Positions 42,653 to 54,569 of a DNA stretch of 64,000 nt are shown here, piece after piece (positions within the stretch are counted from its first letter, which is position 1; the number at the start of each line of letters is the position of its first letter). The notes beneath the pieces were generated by a model. The model saw only the letters and a program-made list of their open reading frames with translations. It did not search any database and was not told the DNA's origin. The translations under genes were made by a program, and so were the position numbers. Origin of the DNA: an uncultured delta proteobacterium (lineage in GTDB: Bacteria; Desulfobacterota; Binatia; UBA9968); assembly GCA_963755715.1 (NCBI GenBank), contig CAVWLW010000038.1, positions 32,001 to 96,000 of the forward strand, read 5' to 3'.

Positions 42653-44742
42653 TTACCGCAGATTAGGCGCCGCTTGGCGACTGAGCTGCATAAGCCGGAC
42701 GGCTTCTTGATAGTGCTGTCTGGCTTCGTCGTTCTTGCCCTGCAATACGAGCAGTTGAGCAAGACTTTGATGGGCGGGGATGAAATCAGGTTGAATGCGC
42801 AACGATTGGTAAAAATAATCCGCGGCTTCGGGGAAGCGATTCTGGGCGGCAAAGACGCTGCCTAAATAGTAACTGGCTTCGGCGGAATCGGGCGACAGGC
42901 GCACCGCTTGCTGGAGCGGGCCGATTGCCTCGTCGATTCGACCCAGCTTCGCCAGGGCAACACCGAGGTTGAGGTGCGCTCGACTGACCGCTGGGTTGAG
43001 CTTGATTGCCTGGCGAAAGTATCTAATGCCCGTCTCGATATCGCCGCTCTCGGCGAGCAATTGGCCATAGTTGGCGTGGACCTCGGCATAGTTCGGCAAC
43101 AATCGGAGCGCCTCTTCGAAGTGACGATGGGCAAGTTCCAAGTTGCCTATCCGGACATAGAGATTACCGAGGTTATAGTGCGCCACGCCATAGTCCGGCT
43201 GGACCGCAATCGCTTGCAGCGCGGTTTTGATCGCTTCATCGACCCTGCCTTGCTTCGCGTAGGCGTTGGCCAAATTGTTGTAGCCCGCCGCACCCGCACC
43301 CGAAACTTTTTGCAGTCGGCCAGTTCACGATCACGCCGGCGGCCAACAGGATCAAAAGAGCCGGAACGAGCCCGATCCAAACTCGATCCCGGAAAAGCCG
43401 CACCACCTCAACAACCCCGGCACCGGCGAAAAGCACCAGTAGGGGCACCAGCGGATAACGGTAACGGCCAAATACATAGAAGATTGCGACGCTTGCCGCC
43501 AGGGCTAGGATCATCGCGTAGAGCGGCCACAAATACCGCCACCGGTCACGGGTTAGCCATAATCCTAGTGCGGCCAATGGAGCCAGAATTCCAAAATGAT
43601 TGATCCAGCCTAACAATTTGAGCAGCCAGGACCACTCACGATAAATATAGAAATCGTTAGAGTCTTCGATTTCCCGCGCGTTCCAGACCAAAAGCCATTT
43701 CACGCCCAAAAGACCCAGCCATTCGCCCGGCCGCGAGCGAATATAATCAAGCGATTGACGAAACCAATAATTGGAAACTTCGCCTGGCGTGAGATCACGC
43801 CCCTCTGCCCTTTCAGCCAAGCGTTTGGCGTCCGCCCCTTCGAGTTGCGTTTCACGAATAATGTTTCTAATCGAGCCATAGGTTCCGTCAGCACGCGGGT
43901 TATTGCCGATAAAGAAATTCGCGCCGAACTGGGACGTCGTGAGTTTGAATTCCCCGCCGGCGCTCAGGTTCCTGAAACCGACGGGAACGAGCACCAGCAG
44001 CGAACCCACAACAAACAGCCCAAGCCAGCGTAATCGATTCGCCAATGGTTGGGGTGGAAAATAAAACCAAATCGACAAAGCGATCACCGGTATTAGAATC
44101 AGAGCATTTTCGCGAGACAAACCGAGGAGACCAAGAACCGCCCCCGCACCCAACCATTTCGCCCAACTTTCTCTATGGTTAATGCCAAACACGAGAAACA
44201 ACAAAGCAGAGAGGAGGAATAAATCGAGGGCGCTTTTCTCTATGAGCCCATCGAAAAATATTGCCGGCGCATTACATGCGAGCAGCAGGCCCGATGCAAT
44301 TCCGGCATCGCGGGAAAATAGATTTCTTCCTACGACAAAAATCCAAGCACAGGAGATGGCTCCCAGTGTAATTTGAATAAGTCGTATCGACCAAAGATCA
44401 TGTTTCAGAACGCTTTGGAGGATTCCCAAGAAGTAAGGATAAAGCGGCGCTTGATAGAAAACCTCTTTGCCCAGCCAGTCTCCGGCCGCAATCCGTTGCG
44501 CCCACTCGTCATAAGCGTGGCCGTCTCCCGCAAGATTTTCAAATAAAGGGATCGCCGCGATTTGCCACAAGTAGATCAATCGCAAGAACAATGCGCCGCA
44601 TAAGTATTAGCCAAAACCACTGGGTATCCGTCAGCCCCTTGATTTCGACATTCACCCCGGCGTCCTGTCGACGTCGCTGAGATCTTACTGATTTCCGTGA
44701 ATCTGTGTGCGCCCTGCGCATTGACCCGTCTTCAATCGCCAT
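42653..44742 (-). CDS. GT39/PMT_2-like membrane glycosyltransferase with C-terminal TPRs (frameshifts near 44600 and 43295)
   Basis: GDGHAYDEWA/FYQAPLYPYFL, NFFIGNN, RYRYP, followed by several TPRs. Confidence 0.8.
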
Positions 44743-44818
44743 GAAGTTGTTTTCCGGAAGCAGCCAGCTATGTACATTGTTTTTATTGTTGGATAATGAT
44801 GATGACCAAGCTTGCTGC

Positions 44819-46704
44819 ATGAGTAACAAAAAACCCAAGACATTTCGACCGCATAAACTCGACACGCAACCAGGCACGCACCGATTTCAGTGGTGCACTT
44901 CATGCGCCGGACCCGGCATTATTGTCGTAGTTTTCTTCGCAATGGCTTTCTGGAGCTGGCGGAAATGGCCCGATATCCAGATCGACTTCGGTCAGCAGTT
45001 ATACATCCCCTGGCAACTCGCCAAGTGGAAAACTCCTTCACCAGGACATTGTAATTCTTCATGGTCCCCTCTCACAGTATTTCAACGCATTCTGGTTCAA
45101 GCTCTTCGGGCCGTCTCTCACCGTCATAATCTTTCTAAACCTGTTTATTCTGGCCGGTATGACCGGCATGATTTACTTGACTATCCGTCGATTCGCCGAT
45201 TCGTTCACCGCCACGGTGGCTTGTGTTGTATTGCTGACTTTATTTGGATTTTCGCAGTACGTAGGGGTCGGTAACTACAATTATGTCACTCCCTACACCC
45301 ATGAAGCCACCCATGGTATGGCCTTGACCGTAGTGATGATTTTTGCGTTAATTCGCTATTTCACACGCGGTGGCCGCCTTCCATGCGCAGTTTCCGGTCT
45401 CTGCCTTGGACTAGTACTGCTCACCAAAGTAGAGGTTGCCATAGCCGCGACAATTGTTGCGTTGATCGGCTTTGCCAGCGCATACTTCATTGCTCCTCCA
45501 AGCGTCTCGCCAAAGAAGCGCGAACTTGCGATTTTCTGCGCTGCCGCGTTAGCGCCCGCTTTGGGCTTTTTCCTATATTTCCTCTCCTACCTAACCGCCG
45601 ATCAAGCGCTACGTGCCGTTGGTCAGGGATTCTTGGTTCTTTCGAACGAGCTGACAAAAACAACTTTTTATATGCGGATATTGGGTCTCGACGATCCCGG
45701 TGAGAATTTCCGTCGGATGCTAAGCATGTTCTTAGGCGTAGTAATCTTTATTCTATTCGCCTCAGCCGTCGACTTAGCGATTAGCCGCGTGACACGCAGC
45801 CCCGGGCTAATTGCCATCGGCTTGGGCGCCGTGTCTGCGCTGACCCTTTACCTGAATCGCAACGTCATGCCGTGGATCGATATTCTCCGAGCCCTTCCCC
45901 TGACGACAGCTCTCGCCCTAGCGGTTTTTATCACACTGCTTAAAAGACATTCACACCAGGTTGAAATGTGGACCACCATTTTACCGATGGTTTTGTGGAC
46001 CACTTTCGCCCTCAGCCTGCTCGCCAAGATGGCCCTAAATGTTCACATCTATCACTACGGCTTTTATTTGCCGATGCCCGCCACCCTTGTACTGGTCATC
46101 TGTCTATTTTTCTGGATCCCCAAAGTTTTATCAGGGACGTCCGGGTCTGGCGTCGTTTTCCGGTCGCTCGCAATGGCTGTTTTAGTAGTAGCGATCTTCT
46201 ATCATCTCGACTGGTCACAAAAGTTCTATCGATTGAAGGATTTCGCCGTTGGCCAAGGTGCCGATACAATCATCACTTATGGACCCAAGGTACGAGTAGC
46301 GGGGTTAGTCACTGCTCTGACACTGGAGTGGATCGAAGAAAAGACTTCTCGAGGTGCGACATTTGTCGGGCTGCCAGAGGGGATCATGCTCAACTATCTA
46401 TCGCGGAGAACGACAACAGTGCCTTACGTAAATTTCATGATACCCGAAATGATCGTCTTTGGAGAGCCGCGAATGCTTAACGACTTTAAATCCCGGCCCT
46501 CCCGAATACGTCATGTTGGTCGACAATAACTCTTCCGAGTTCGGTGTCGGTCCTTTCGGATCCGATCCACGCAACGGCAAGCAAATTATGGACTGGGTGA
46601 ATCAAAACTATGAGCCCGTTACTTTGATTGGCAGTGAACCGTTGCAGGGTGGCAATTTTGGCATCAAGATTCTCAAACACAGTCAAACAGCCGTTGTCAA
46701 ATAG
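44819..46704 (+). CDS. multi-TM GT-C-like membrane protein (frameshifts near 45028 and 46497)
   Basis: WPDIQIDFGQQLYIPW and HGPLSQY loop with acidic motif, many TMs, soluble C-terminal domain. Confidence 0.7.
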
Positions 46705-46833
46705 CAGGTTCGCTTTACAAATGAAAAAGTGGCTTCAAGCGAAAGGCTTTACATCGTCCCCAAAAGCTCTTGCATTTAGGCTAACCGTTAGGACTTACAT
46801 CAGGATCGTGGCAAAAGATTTTCGTTGGAGATA

Positions 46834-48404
46834 ATGCCCAGAAAACAAAAAAAGACCTCAGCGTAACCTTCGCGCAAAGTCGACAGCCGCAGCGGATTAC
46901 AAGGCTCGAAGAGCATTGAGCACTACTTCAATTAGCTTTTGTTTTTCTCTGCATCGCCTGCGCAGTGTCAATGGTCTTGCATTTCAGTGTCGACAAGTTT
47001 CCCGATCCGGATGTGTTTTATCATTTTCGCCATGCGGAACTTTATGGCAGCATTACCGAGATTTTCAGAACAGACTTTCCTTGGGTTCATTATTCGATCA
47101 TCAGCAAGCTGTCTTCCGACTTGTGGTACGGATTTCATGTCCTGATAATCCCCTTTACACTCGTGGGCGATCGAATCTTGGGAATGCAACTCGCAGGAGC
47201 TTTCGTTACGACTGTGTTTTTGGTTTCATTCTATGCAGCCTGCATTCGCCTCAAAATTAATCTCGCACTCTTTTGGCCATTCTTCTTGTTATTCTCTTCC
47301 GCCTTCTTGCTGCACCGCCTCGGCATGCTCCGACCACAAGTGCTTTCCCTTGGCTTGAGTAGTTTGTTGTTTGCTCTTCTAGCGACTGGAAGCGTTTGGG
47401 GGGTGTTTTTGGTGACCTTGGCCTCAACATTTCTGCATTTGAACTTTTTTTTCGTGTCATTCTTGGTCGTCGGCGTTTTTACACTAATAAAAATCTTTAC
47501 CGAAAAATTGCTTCCATGGCGTGAGTGCATCGCATTGCTCGGCGGGGTCTTGGCTGGCTGGATCTTGCGTCCCAACCCCATGGGGGCGGCAAGAATTCTC
47601 TATACTCAGCTATTTCAATTAACCATAGAAAAGATTGGCGGCAGCCCACTCGATCTTGCCGCAGAAATGTCACCCTTGAAACTCAAGGCCAATAGCAACT
47701 ATATGTTTTTTATTGTGCTTTTGCTTTTCAGTCTTTTTTGGATGGTGTGGAAATTCTCCAGAAAAGGCCCGGCTCTTTCAGGCCGCGACCGGACTGTCCT
47801 TATCGCCCTCGCCGCTTTATCAACCCTATTTTTCTTGTTATCGGTGTTTTTTGCTCGGCGCGCTTTTGATTTTTGTTCCGGCTTCGGCGTTCTTTTCATC
47901 GGTCTGGTTTTCTCCCATTATTTTAATCGGAACTGGCCGGCCCGACTGTTTTTGATTTGTGCTTTTCTTGGGCTAGCGTTCTACGGCTTAAACCTTCGCA
48001 ATCAGGTTTTATCCGTCGGCTGGGAGCCAAATCGTTTTGAAAGTACGGCTAAGTGGATTGCCGACAACTCTAACCCTGGCGAGATCGTCTTTAACGCGCG
48101 CTGGGAGTATTTCCCTGAGTTATTCTTTTGGAATACTAAGAACGTTTACTCCAATGGTATGGATCCGATTTTCCAATACGCATATGACCCGGATCTCTTC
48201 CGGCAGGGCCATGATTTGGTCACCGGGAAGCTGAGCTCATCAGGTTCCCCTGATTCCTACCAAGTTCTGAAAGAAAAGTTTAATGCACGGTATGTGTTTC
48301 TGGCGAAACCGTTCGACGATTCTCTATACTTCCGCCTCTGGGCTGACCCTAGATTCTCGCTCAGAAAAGAAAACCAGTATTCGGTAGTTTTTGAGGTTAA
48401 CTAA
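46834..48404 (+). CDS. multi-TM GT-C-like membrane protein (5' frameshifts)
   Basis: DPDVFYHFRHA acidic loop after TM1, RPQ motif, C-terminal WIADNS/VFN/W/DP domain reminiscent of STT3/AglB-like enzymes. Confidence 0.7.
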
Positions 48405-48524
48405 ATTCATCACTCGTGCCAATTCGCTATGGCATTGTCGTCGAATCAAGAATTAGAAATTTATGGACAAGGATGCTCCACGTTTAGAAATCGTTCTCTG
48501 CCTTCTCAAGATGTCAGGTAAGTT

Positions 48525-49247
48525 GTGAATCCCGGTAATCCCCAAGAAAACTCGGGGGCGAACCAGCCGGCCGATAGCCGAGTCTTCGTGGTGGTTAGAG
48601 CGTATAATGAAGCGCCGGTAATACGCGATGTCGTCGCCTCCCTGTGCAATCACTTTGATCACATAGTCGTCGTCGACGACGGTTCCACCGATTCGACCGC
48701 CGCCTGCCTCCATGGATTAAAAGTGACATTAATCAGTCATGCTGTGAATTTGGGCGGAGGCGCCGCCCTGCAAACGGGTATTACCTATGCCCTATCCAAA
48801 GGCGCAGATTGGATTCTCACCTTTGACGCTGACGGTCAACACGCGATTGACGATGCGTTGACGCTCCTTAAGTCATTACAGTCGGGTAACTGCGATGTTG
48901 TGTTTGGTTCGCGTTTTTTAGGAAGTGCAGTCAACATGCCGAAAACGCGCGCGTTACTTTTAATCGCCGCACGGTGGTTTTCGAATCTTACTTCTGGCAT
49001 TCGACTGACCGATACGCACAATGGCCTGCGCGGGTTTAATCGCAAAGCGGCATCGTTATTGACGATACAGCAAAACGACATGGCTTACGCGTCGGAAATC
49101 TTGCATCAGTTGAAGCAGGGAAATATGACGATCCGAGAAATTCCCGTAACCATCAAATACACCGAATATTCACGGCGCAAGGGGCAAGCATCTTCCAATG
49201 CCATCACAATTTTAATCGATCTAATTACGGGGAGGTTGATCCGATGA
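48525..49247 (+). CDS. GT2 polyprenol-phosphate glycosyltransferase (DPM1-like)
   Basis: AYNEA, VVVDDGSTD, NLGGGAALQTG, FDADGQH, VFGSRF, TDTHNGLRG. Confidence 0.9.
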   Translation: MNPGNPQENSGANQPADSRVFVVVRAYNEAPVIRDVVASLCNHFDHIVVVDDGSTDSTAACLHGLKVTLISHAVNLGGGAALQTGITYALSKGADWILTFDADGQHAIDDALTLLKSLQSGNCDVVFGSRFLGSAVNMPKTRALLLIAARWFSNLTSGIRLTDTHNGLRGFNRKAASLLTIQQNDMAYASEILHQLKQGNMTIREIPVTIKYTEYSRRKGQASSNAITILIDLITGRLIR

Positions 49248-49570
49248 ACTTTAGATACCTGCTGCTAATTTCTCTGGGTACGTTTTTCATTTACGTGTTG
49301 CTACTTCCCAAGCATACCATGATAAGAAAGTTTTTTGTTCTATGCTTTGTGTCCGCTATGTTGATATTTGCTTTGAATCCCGATTGGTCGACGGAGATTG
49401 CCAACTACTTTGGCATTGTTCGAGGCGTCGATTTCCTTTTTTACCTGTCCAATCTCGCACTATTTTTCATTGCTTTCGTGAATTATCTAAAGTTTAAGAA
49501 AATGGAAATCAGGTTCGCTAAGTTGGTCCGGCGGGTTGCCATGGATCATGCGGTAGAAATGGAAACCTGA
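49244..49570 (+). CDS. DUF2304 family membrane protein
   Basis: IANYFGIVRGVDFLFY and KLVRRVAM; ATGA-coupled to GT2. Confidence 0.85.
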   Translation: MNFRYLLLISLGTFFIYVLLLPKHTMIRKFFVLCFVSAMLIFALNPDWSTEIANYFGIVRGVDFLFYLSNLALFFIAFVNYLKFKKMEIRFAKLVRRVAMDHAVEMET

Positions 49571-49631
49571 GGCATCTTCAAATATTAAGATTTTTAACAG
49601 CCGGCAACTTAACGGTTCCTTCGAGCGCCGA

Positions 49632-51665
49632 TCATGATGGCGGTGCGGCGCTTTCAACGTTGCCGCCGTTACGTTCCGCTTTTAAGAGCCGCATGGCTTC
49701 GCCATAATGTTTTTGCGCCTCAGATGTTTTCCCCTGTGCGGCCAATAATCGAGCCAGCAGTACATGAGCATCGGCGAAATCCGCTTTCAAGTTAATGGCG
49801 GCAACAAGGTACTCTGTTGCTGATTTCACATTCCCCTGGCGCGCAAGAACTTCCGCCAGGCTTACTAGAATAACCGCCTCTCTCGGGTCCAAGCGATTAG
49901 CCTCGCGATAGTAGTTGGTAGCTTGCGCGAGATCGCCTTCTTGGGCAAAGACCCGACCTAAATTGAAAAATGCTCGAGCGAAGTTTGGATCGATTTTGGC
50001 GGCCTTTTGAAACTCGTCCAGCGCCGCTTCGATCTCGCCCTGCACCTCCAGCAGCACGCCCAAATTATTGTGCGTCTCGGCATCATCGGGCTTGATTTGT
50101 AAGGCTTTGCGATAATGCGCCAGGGCCTCTACCGGCAGACCTTTGCGAACCAACATATCTGCCAGGCTATGATGCGCATTGGCGTAGCTCGGATTGATTG
50201 TCACGGCACGACGATAAAATTCGATCGCTTGATCGACTTTTGCTGCGGTTTCGAACGTTTTGCCTAAGTTATAATAGGCTATGCTCGAATCTGGCGTTAC
50301 GGCAATCGCATGTTGCCAAAGGGTCCGGGTATCGCGCCACACCAACGACTGTTTCCATGTCAACAAACCGAGACTCAGCATAGTCACGACCACGAAAGAA
50401 AGCCTAGCCCCGGAAACCCACGGGAAATTTTTGGTGGAATCCGTTAGCGGCGAGACGTTAAACAGTGTTCCTCCGATCAACACTGCCCAGCTGAGGCATG
50501 CCAGGTAACTATATCGGTCGGCGACCAATTGCGGCCCGCTTTGAGCAATACCGGAGACTGGAGAGAGAACAATGATGTAGTAGACCCAGCAAGCAAGCGC
50601 GGCGGGCCACCGCCGCCTCGCCCAATACAAACCGAGCGTAATCGCAAGCGCGCCGCAGGCGGCCAGAACAAAAAGCCGCTTCCAGGCATCATCCAGCAGC
50701 GGCAATTCGTAAAGTGGCGATAGTTGTACGGGGAAAATACTCTTCCCGATACCAAAAAAAACGCCGTAGAAGGTCTGACCCAGGCGGATAGGCAGCTCGT
50801 ACTGCGCCAGCGTCTTGAGGGCTCCGACGCTGCGTTGCGCACTCAAGGCGATCAAAGCAAATCCGCAAGCGAGGATAAGAAATGGCACCTTCTCGAACCA
50901 CACGCCCCTCTGCTCCGGTTTAAACCACTCCGCGACCCTCCCTTTGAACCTTCGCAAGGGATAAATATCGAGCAGGATCAAAATGGCCGGCAGCGTCATC
51001 GCTGTTCCCTTTGAAAATAGCGATAGAGCATAGGTCACACAGGCTAGGCTCAGCCATCGCCGCGAATGTGTCCGTTCGACGTTTGCTGCGCGCAGGTAAG
51101 TATAGATGGTAAGCAGGTAGAACAACCCCGACAGAACATCGCGCCGCTCCGTAACCCACGCAACCGATTCGACTCGTAAAGGATGAATCCCAAACAATAG
51201 AGCGGAAAAAGCCGCGCTGAGGTTTAGCTGCCAGTTTTTTTCGGATACGGACAAAGCAATTGATAACAGCCAACGACTTATGAAGTAGAACAGCACGGTA
51301 TTGGCTGCATGAATAAGCAGATTGGTCAGATGGTAACCAAATGGGTCCATGCCCCAGAGCACATAGTCGAACCCGAGAGTGAGCCAGCTCAACGGCTGGT
51401 AGTGCCCCCCATGAAACGTCGTAACCATCCAGCTGATCTGTTCCCAACCCAGACCTCTGTAGTGAGGATTTTGCAGGAAATTCACCGCGTCGTCCCATTC
51501 GACGAAGCCGTTCTGAAGCACGGGGTAGAAAACAAACGATACGATCAGAACCAAGAGAGCCGGTATCGAGCAGCGGACATACCACGGCGGTTGTGAACCT
51601 TGTGATGGTATAACTGGCGGGTTGGATTTACCTCGGCCATCAACGATTCGTTTTTTGGTTTTCAT
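49632..51665 (-). CDS. TMTC-like GT-C glycosyltransferase with C-terminal TPRs
   Basis: FVEWDD, YQPL, YHLTNLLIHAAN, HPLRVESVAWVTERRDVL, SK, ADRYSYL, WRD-LW then TPRs. Confidence 0.85.
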   Translation of the reverse strand: MKTKKRIVDGRGKSNPPVIPSQGSQPPWYVRCSIPALLVLIVSFVFYPVLQNGFVEWDDAVNFLQNPHYRGLGWEQISWMVTTFHGGHYQPLSWLTLGFDYVLWGMDPFGYHLTNLLIHAANTVLFYFISRWLLSIALSVSEKNWQLNLSAAFSALLFGIHPLRVESVAWVTERRDVLSGLFYLLTIYTYLRAANVERTHSRRWLSLACVTYALSLFSKGTAMTLPAILILLDIYPLRRFKGRVAEWFKPEQRGVWFEKVPFLILACGFALIALSAQRSVGALKTLAQYELPIRLGQTFYGVFFGIGKSIFPVQLSPLYELPLLDDAWKRLFVLAACGALAITLGLYWARRRWPAALACWVYYIIVLSPVSGIAQSGPQLVADRYSYLACLSWAVLIGGTLFNVSPLTDSTKNFPWVSGARLSFVVVTMLSLGLLTWKQSLVWRDTRTLWQHAIAVTPDSSIAYYNLGKTFETAAKVDQAIEFYRRAVTINPSYANAHHSLADMLVRKGLPVEALAHYRKALQIKPDDAETHNNLGVLLEVQGEIEAALDEFQKAAKIDPNFARAFFNLGRVFAQEGDLAQATNYYREANRLDPREAVILVSLAEVLARQGNVKSATEYLVAAINLKADFADAHVLLARLLAAQGKTSEAQKHYGEAMRLLKAERNGGNVESAAPPS

Positions 51666-51811
51666 GGAGTCTAGGCAATGAACTCGAATTTGTCGCCTCT
51701 GTCATGCCTCTATTTTCGAGTGCATCACGGCAATCCAGTCTCCTGATAGTTTGACTTCCGACTGGTTCCCTGGTTACTGATTTGCTAGTCATAGCAATCT
51801 TGCCCAACGCA

Positions 51812-53254
51812 ATGGCCTACCACGATTTAAATAGCTTCGTTCGCGCCTTGGAGCAAGCCGGCGAACTTAAGCGCGTAGTCTATCCGGTCAAGGCAGAATT
51901 GGAAATCACCGAGATCGCGGATCGCGTGATGAAAAGCGGCGGGCCCGCGCTGCTCTTTGAAAATGTCATTGGAAAACAGATTCCGGTCTTGATCAACGCA
52001 TTCGGCTCACAAAAACGCATGGCGCTGGCGTTGGGAGTCCAGGATATCGAAGAAATCGCCGCCGAGATCAGCAAGCTAATTCAAACCAAACCGCCAAAAT
52101 CGTTCAAAGACAAACTGCAATTGGCGTCAGATTTGATAAAGCTTGCCGGCATCCCGCCCAAGATCGTCAAAGACGGCGCCTGCCAGGAAGTGATCCTTCG
52201 CGAACCGGATCTGAATATTCTTCCTGTGCTCACCTGCTGGCCAGGTGACGCAGGGCCGTTTATTACGCTGCCGATGGTCTTTTCCAAAGATCCCGTCAAA
52301 GGCACGAGAAACGTCGGGCTCTATCGCTTGCAAGTTTTCGATGCGCGCACCACCGGCATGCATTGGCACCTCCACAAAGTCGGTGCTCGCCACTTTCAAC
52401 AGCAAAAAGAAACACAGGGGAAGATGCCGCTGGCAGTTTGTCTCGGCGGCGATCCGGCGATGATCTACGCCGCCACCGCGCCGCTGCCACCTCAAATCGA
52501 TGAAGTTCTATTTACCGGTTTTTTGCGCAAGAAAGGCGTCGAACTGGTGAAGGGCATTACCGTCGATATCGAGGTGCCGGCCAACTCCGACATCGTGATC
52601 GAAGGCTATGTCGACCCAGCGGAGCCGCTCCGGCGCGAAGGGCCGTTCGGCGATCATACCGGCTTCTATTCTCTGGGGGACGACTATCCAGTTTTTCATG
52701 TGACCTGCATCACCCACAGAAGGAATCCCATTTATCCGACAACCATCGTTGGCCGGCCCCCGATGGAAGATGCCTATCTCGGTAAAGCCACGGAAAGACT
52801 CTTTCTGCCGCTGCTGCGCGTCACCCTTCCTGAGATCGTCGACATGAACCTGCCGGTGCATGGTGTATTTCATAACCTGGCGATTATCTCGATCAAGAAG
52901 GAATATCCGGCCCACGCGAGAAAGGTCATGCATGCGCTCTGGGGTCTTGGGCAGATGATGTTCACCAAGACACTGATCGTCGTCGATCACGATGTCAACG
53001 TGCAGGACTTATCCGAAGTCACCTGGGTTGTCGGTAACCATATCGATCCCAAACGGGATACGATTTTCGTCGACGGCCCGGTCGATATCCTCGATCACGC
53101 GGCACCGGTAATGGGCTATGGCACCAAGATCGGCATCGACGCGACCCGAAAATGGCATAGCGAAGGCTTCGCGCGCCAATGGCCGGATGCGATCGTCATG
53201 GACGAACAAACCAAACAGTATGTGGACTCTGTCTGGGATAAACTTGGACTATGA
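51812..53254 (+). CDS. ubiD: UbiD-family menaquinone biosynthesis decarboxylase (MqnL-like)
   Basis: GGPALLFEN, RNVGLYR, EGPFGDHTGFY, GRPPMED, KIGIDAT. Confidence 0.92.
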   Translation: MAYHDLNSFVRALEQAGELKRVVYPVKAELEITEIADRVMKSGGPALLFENVIGKQIPVLINAFGSQKRMALALGVQDIEEIAAEISKLIQTKPPKSFKDKLQLASDLIKLAGIPPKIVKDGACQEVILREPDLNILPVLTCWPGDAGPFITLPMVFSKDPVKGTRNVGLYRLQVFDARTTGMHWHLHKVGARHFQQQKETQGKMPLAVCLGGDPAMIYAATAPLPPQIDEVLFTGFLRKKGVELVKGITVDIEVPANSDIVIEGYVDPAEPLRREGPFGDHTGFYSLGDDYPVFHVTCITHRRNPIYPTTIVGRPPMEDAYLGKATERLFLPLLRVTLPEIVDMNLPVHGVFHNLAIISIKKEYPAHARKVMHALWGLGQMMFTKTLIVVDHDVNVQDLSEVTWVVGNHIDPKRDTIFVDGPVDILDHAAPVMGYGTKIGIDATRKWHSEGFARQWPDAIVMDEQTKQYVDSVWDKLGL

Positions 53255-54186
53255 AGGCTGACTCTCTCCGCCAAACCAAACCGCAATATCTAAAATCCAA
53301 GATCGCCGACTACGCGCGCCTGGTGCGCTTCTCCCATACCGTGTTTGCTTTGCCGTTCGCGCTCTCTTCGATTGCCTTGGCGTGGCCGAGGCATCCGGTA
53401 ACGCTGCGCGGTTTCTTGTGGATCTTAATCGCCATGGTGAGCGCGCGCAGCGCGGCGATGGGATTTAACCGCTTGGTCGACCGCAAGTTCGACGCGCTCA
53501 ACCCGCGCACGCAAGCCTGGGAGTTGCCCACGGGAAAAGTCAAAGTTTGGGAAGCGTCATTATTGACGACCACAGCGTCGCTGTTGTTCGTCTTTGCCGC
53601 CTACCAATTGAGTTGGCTATGTTTGTTGTTAGCGCCGGTGGCGCTCGCCATTGTGTTTTTTTACTCGTTAACCAAACGATTCACTTGGGCATCGCACCTG
53701 TTTCTTGGGCTTGCTCTCGCGATCGCCCCGATCGGCGCTTGGCTCGCAGTGGCGGGTCCAGCGATCACACTTGCCGAGTTGGCGGTGCCGCTATTATTGG
53801 GCCTCGCAGTGCTCTTCTGGCTCGCCGGCTTCGATATCATCTATTCACTCCAAGATCGCGATTTCGACCGTAAACAAGGCCTCCATTCGATGCCGGTGCG
53901 ATTCGGCACTGCCGCTGCATTGCGGCTGTCGAGTATTTTTCATGTCGTAACGATCGGTTTTCTTGCGCTGGTCGGCGTCACGGCCGGCCTCGGCATCATC
54001 TATTGGATCGGGTTTGGCGCCGTTGCCATTGTGCTTTTCTGGGAGCATCGCATCGTCGCACCGAATGATTTGTCCCGCATTAATCGAGCATTTTTCGATT
54101 TTAATGCATACATGAGCATCGTTTATTTCGTCGCCACTTTGGCCGATTTGGTTTTGATCTCCGGCGCTGGGACTGCTTTGCAATGA
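53251..54186 (+). CDS. ubiA: UbiA-family polyprenyltransferase (MqnP-like)
   Basis: FSHTVFALPF, ARSAAMGFNRLVDRKFDALNPRT, YSLTKRF, FDIIYSLQD. Confidence 0.92.
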   Translation: MKADSLRQTKPQYLKSKIADYARLVRFSHTVFALPFALSSIALAWPRHPVTLRGFLWILIAMVSARSAAMGFNRLVDRKFDALNPRTQAWELPTGKVKVWEASLLTTTASLLFVFAAYQLSWLCLLLAPVALAIVFFYSLTKRFTWASHLFLGLALAIAPIGAWLAVAGPAITLAELAVPLLLGLAVLFWLAGFDIIYSLQDRDFDRKQGLHSMPVRFGTAAALRLSSIFHVVTIGFLALVGVTAGLGIIYWIGFGAVAIVLFWEHRIVAPNDLSRINRAFFDFNAYMSIVYFVATLADLVLISGAGTALQ

Positions 54187-54491
54187 GCTAACTGCCGGCC
54201 GCCGTCTTGTTTCTGACTCGGCGGCATCGGCGGTTTTTCCGCCATGCGGCGTGTTAATGTTACCGCCTGCTGATTTATGTATTTTCGAAGTCTTGCCGAG
54301 AGTTGCTATTGACAGCAGTTTGATTGTCGCGATGAGAAATCCATAGCGTGCCGGCGAGCGGCTAAATGATCATAGCCCACCTGCGCTTCGCAACATCCAT
54401 AGCTAGACCGTAGCTAGACCGTCAGTTTAGTCAGTCTTTGCGTCCAGCTTTCCGCGGTTGGATTGACGCTTGACTCAAGTGGATTTCGGCA

Positions 54492-54539
54492 CAACCCCCC
54501 GATCGGGGGATTGCATTTTAACAGGGGGATAAGTATGAT
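54492..54539 (+). promoter_or_regulatory. sigma-70 promoter with adjoining C/G palindrome
   Basis: TTGCAT(54511)-17-TATGAT(54534); CCCCCGATCGGGGG dyad abutting the -35. Confidence 0.6.
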
Positions 54540-54569
54540 TTTGCGATGTCCCGAAAGGTGGAAAAAACT

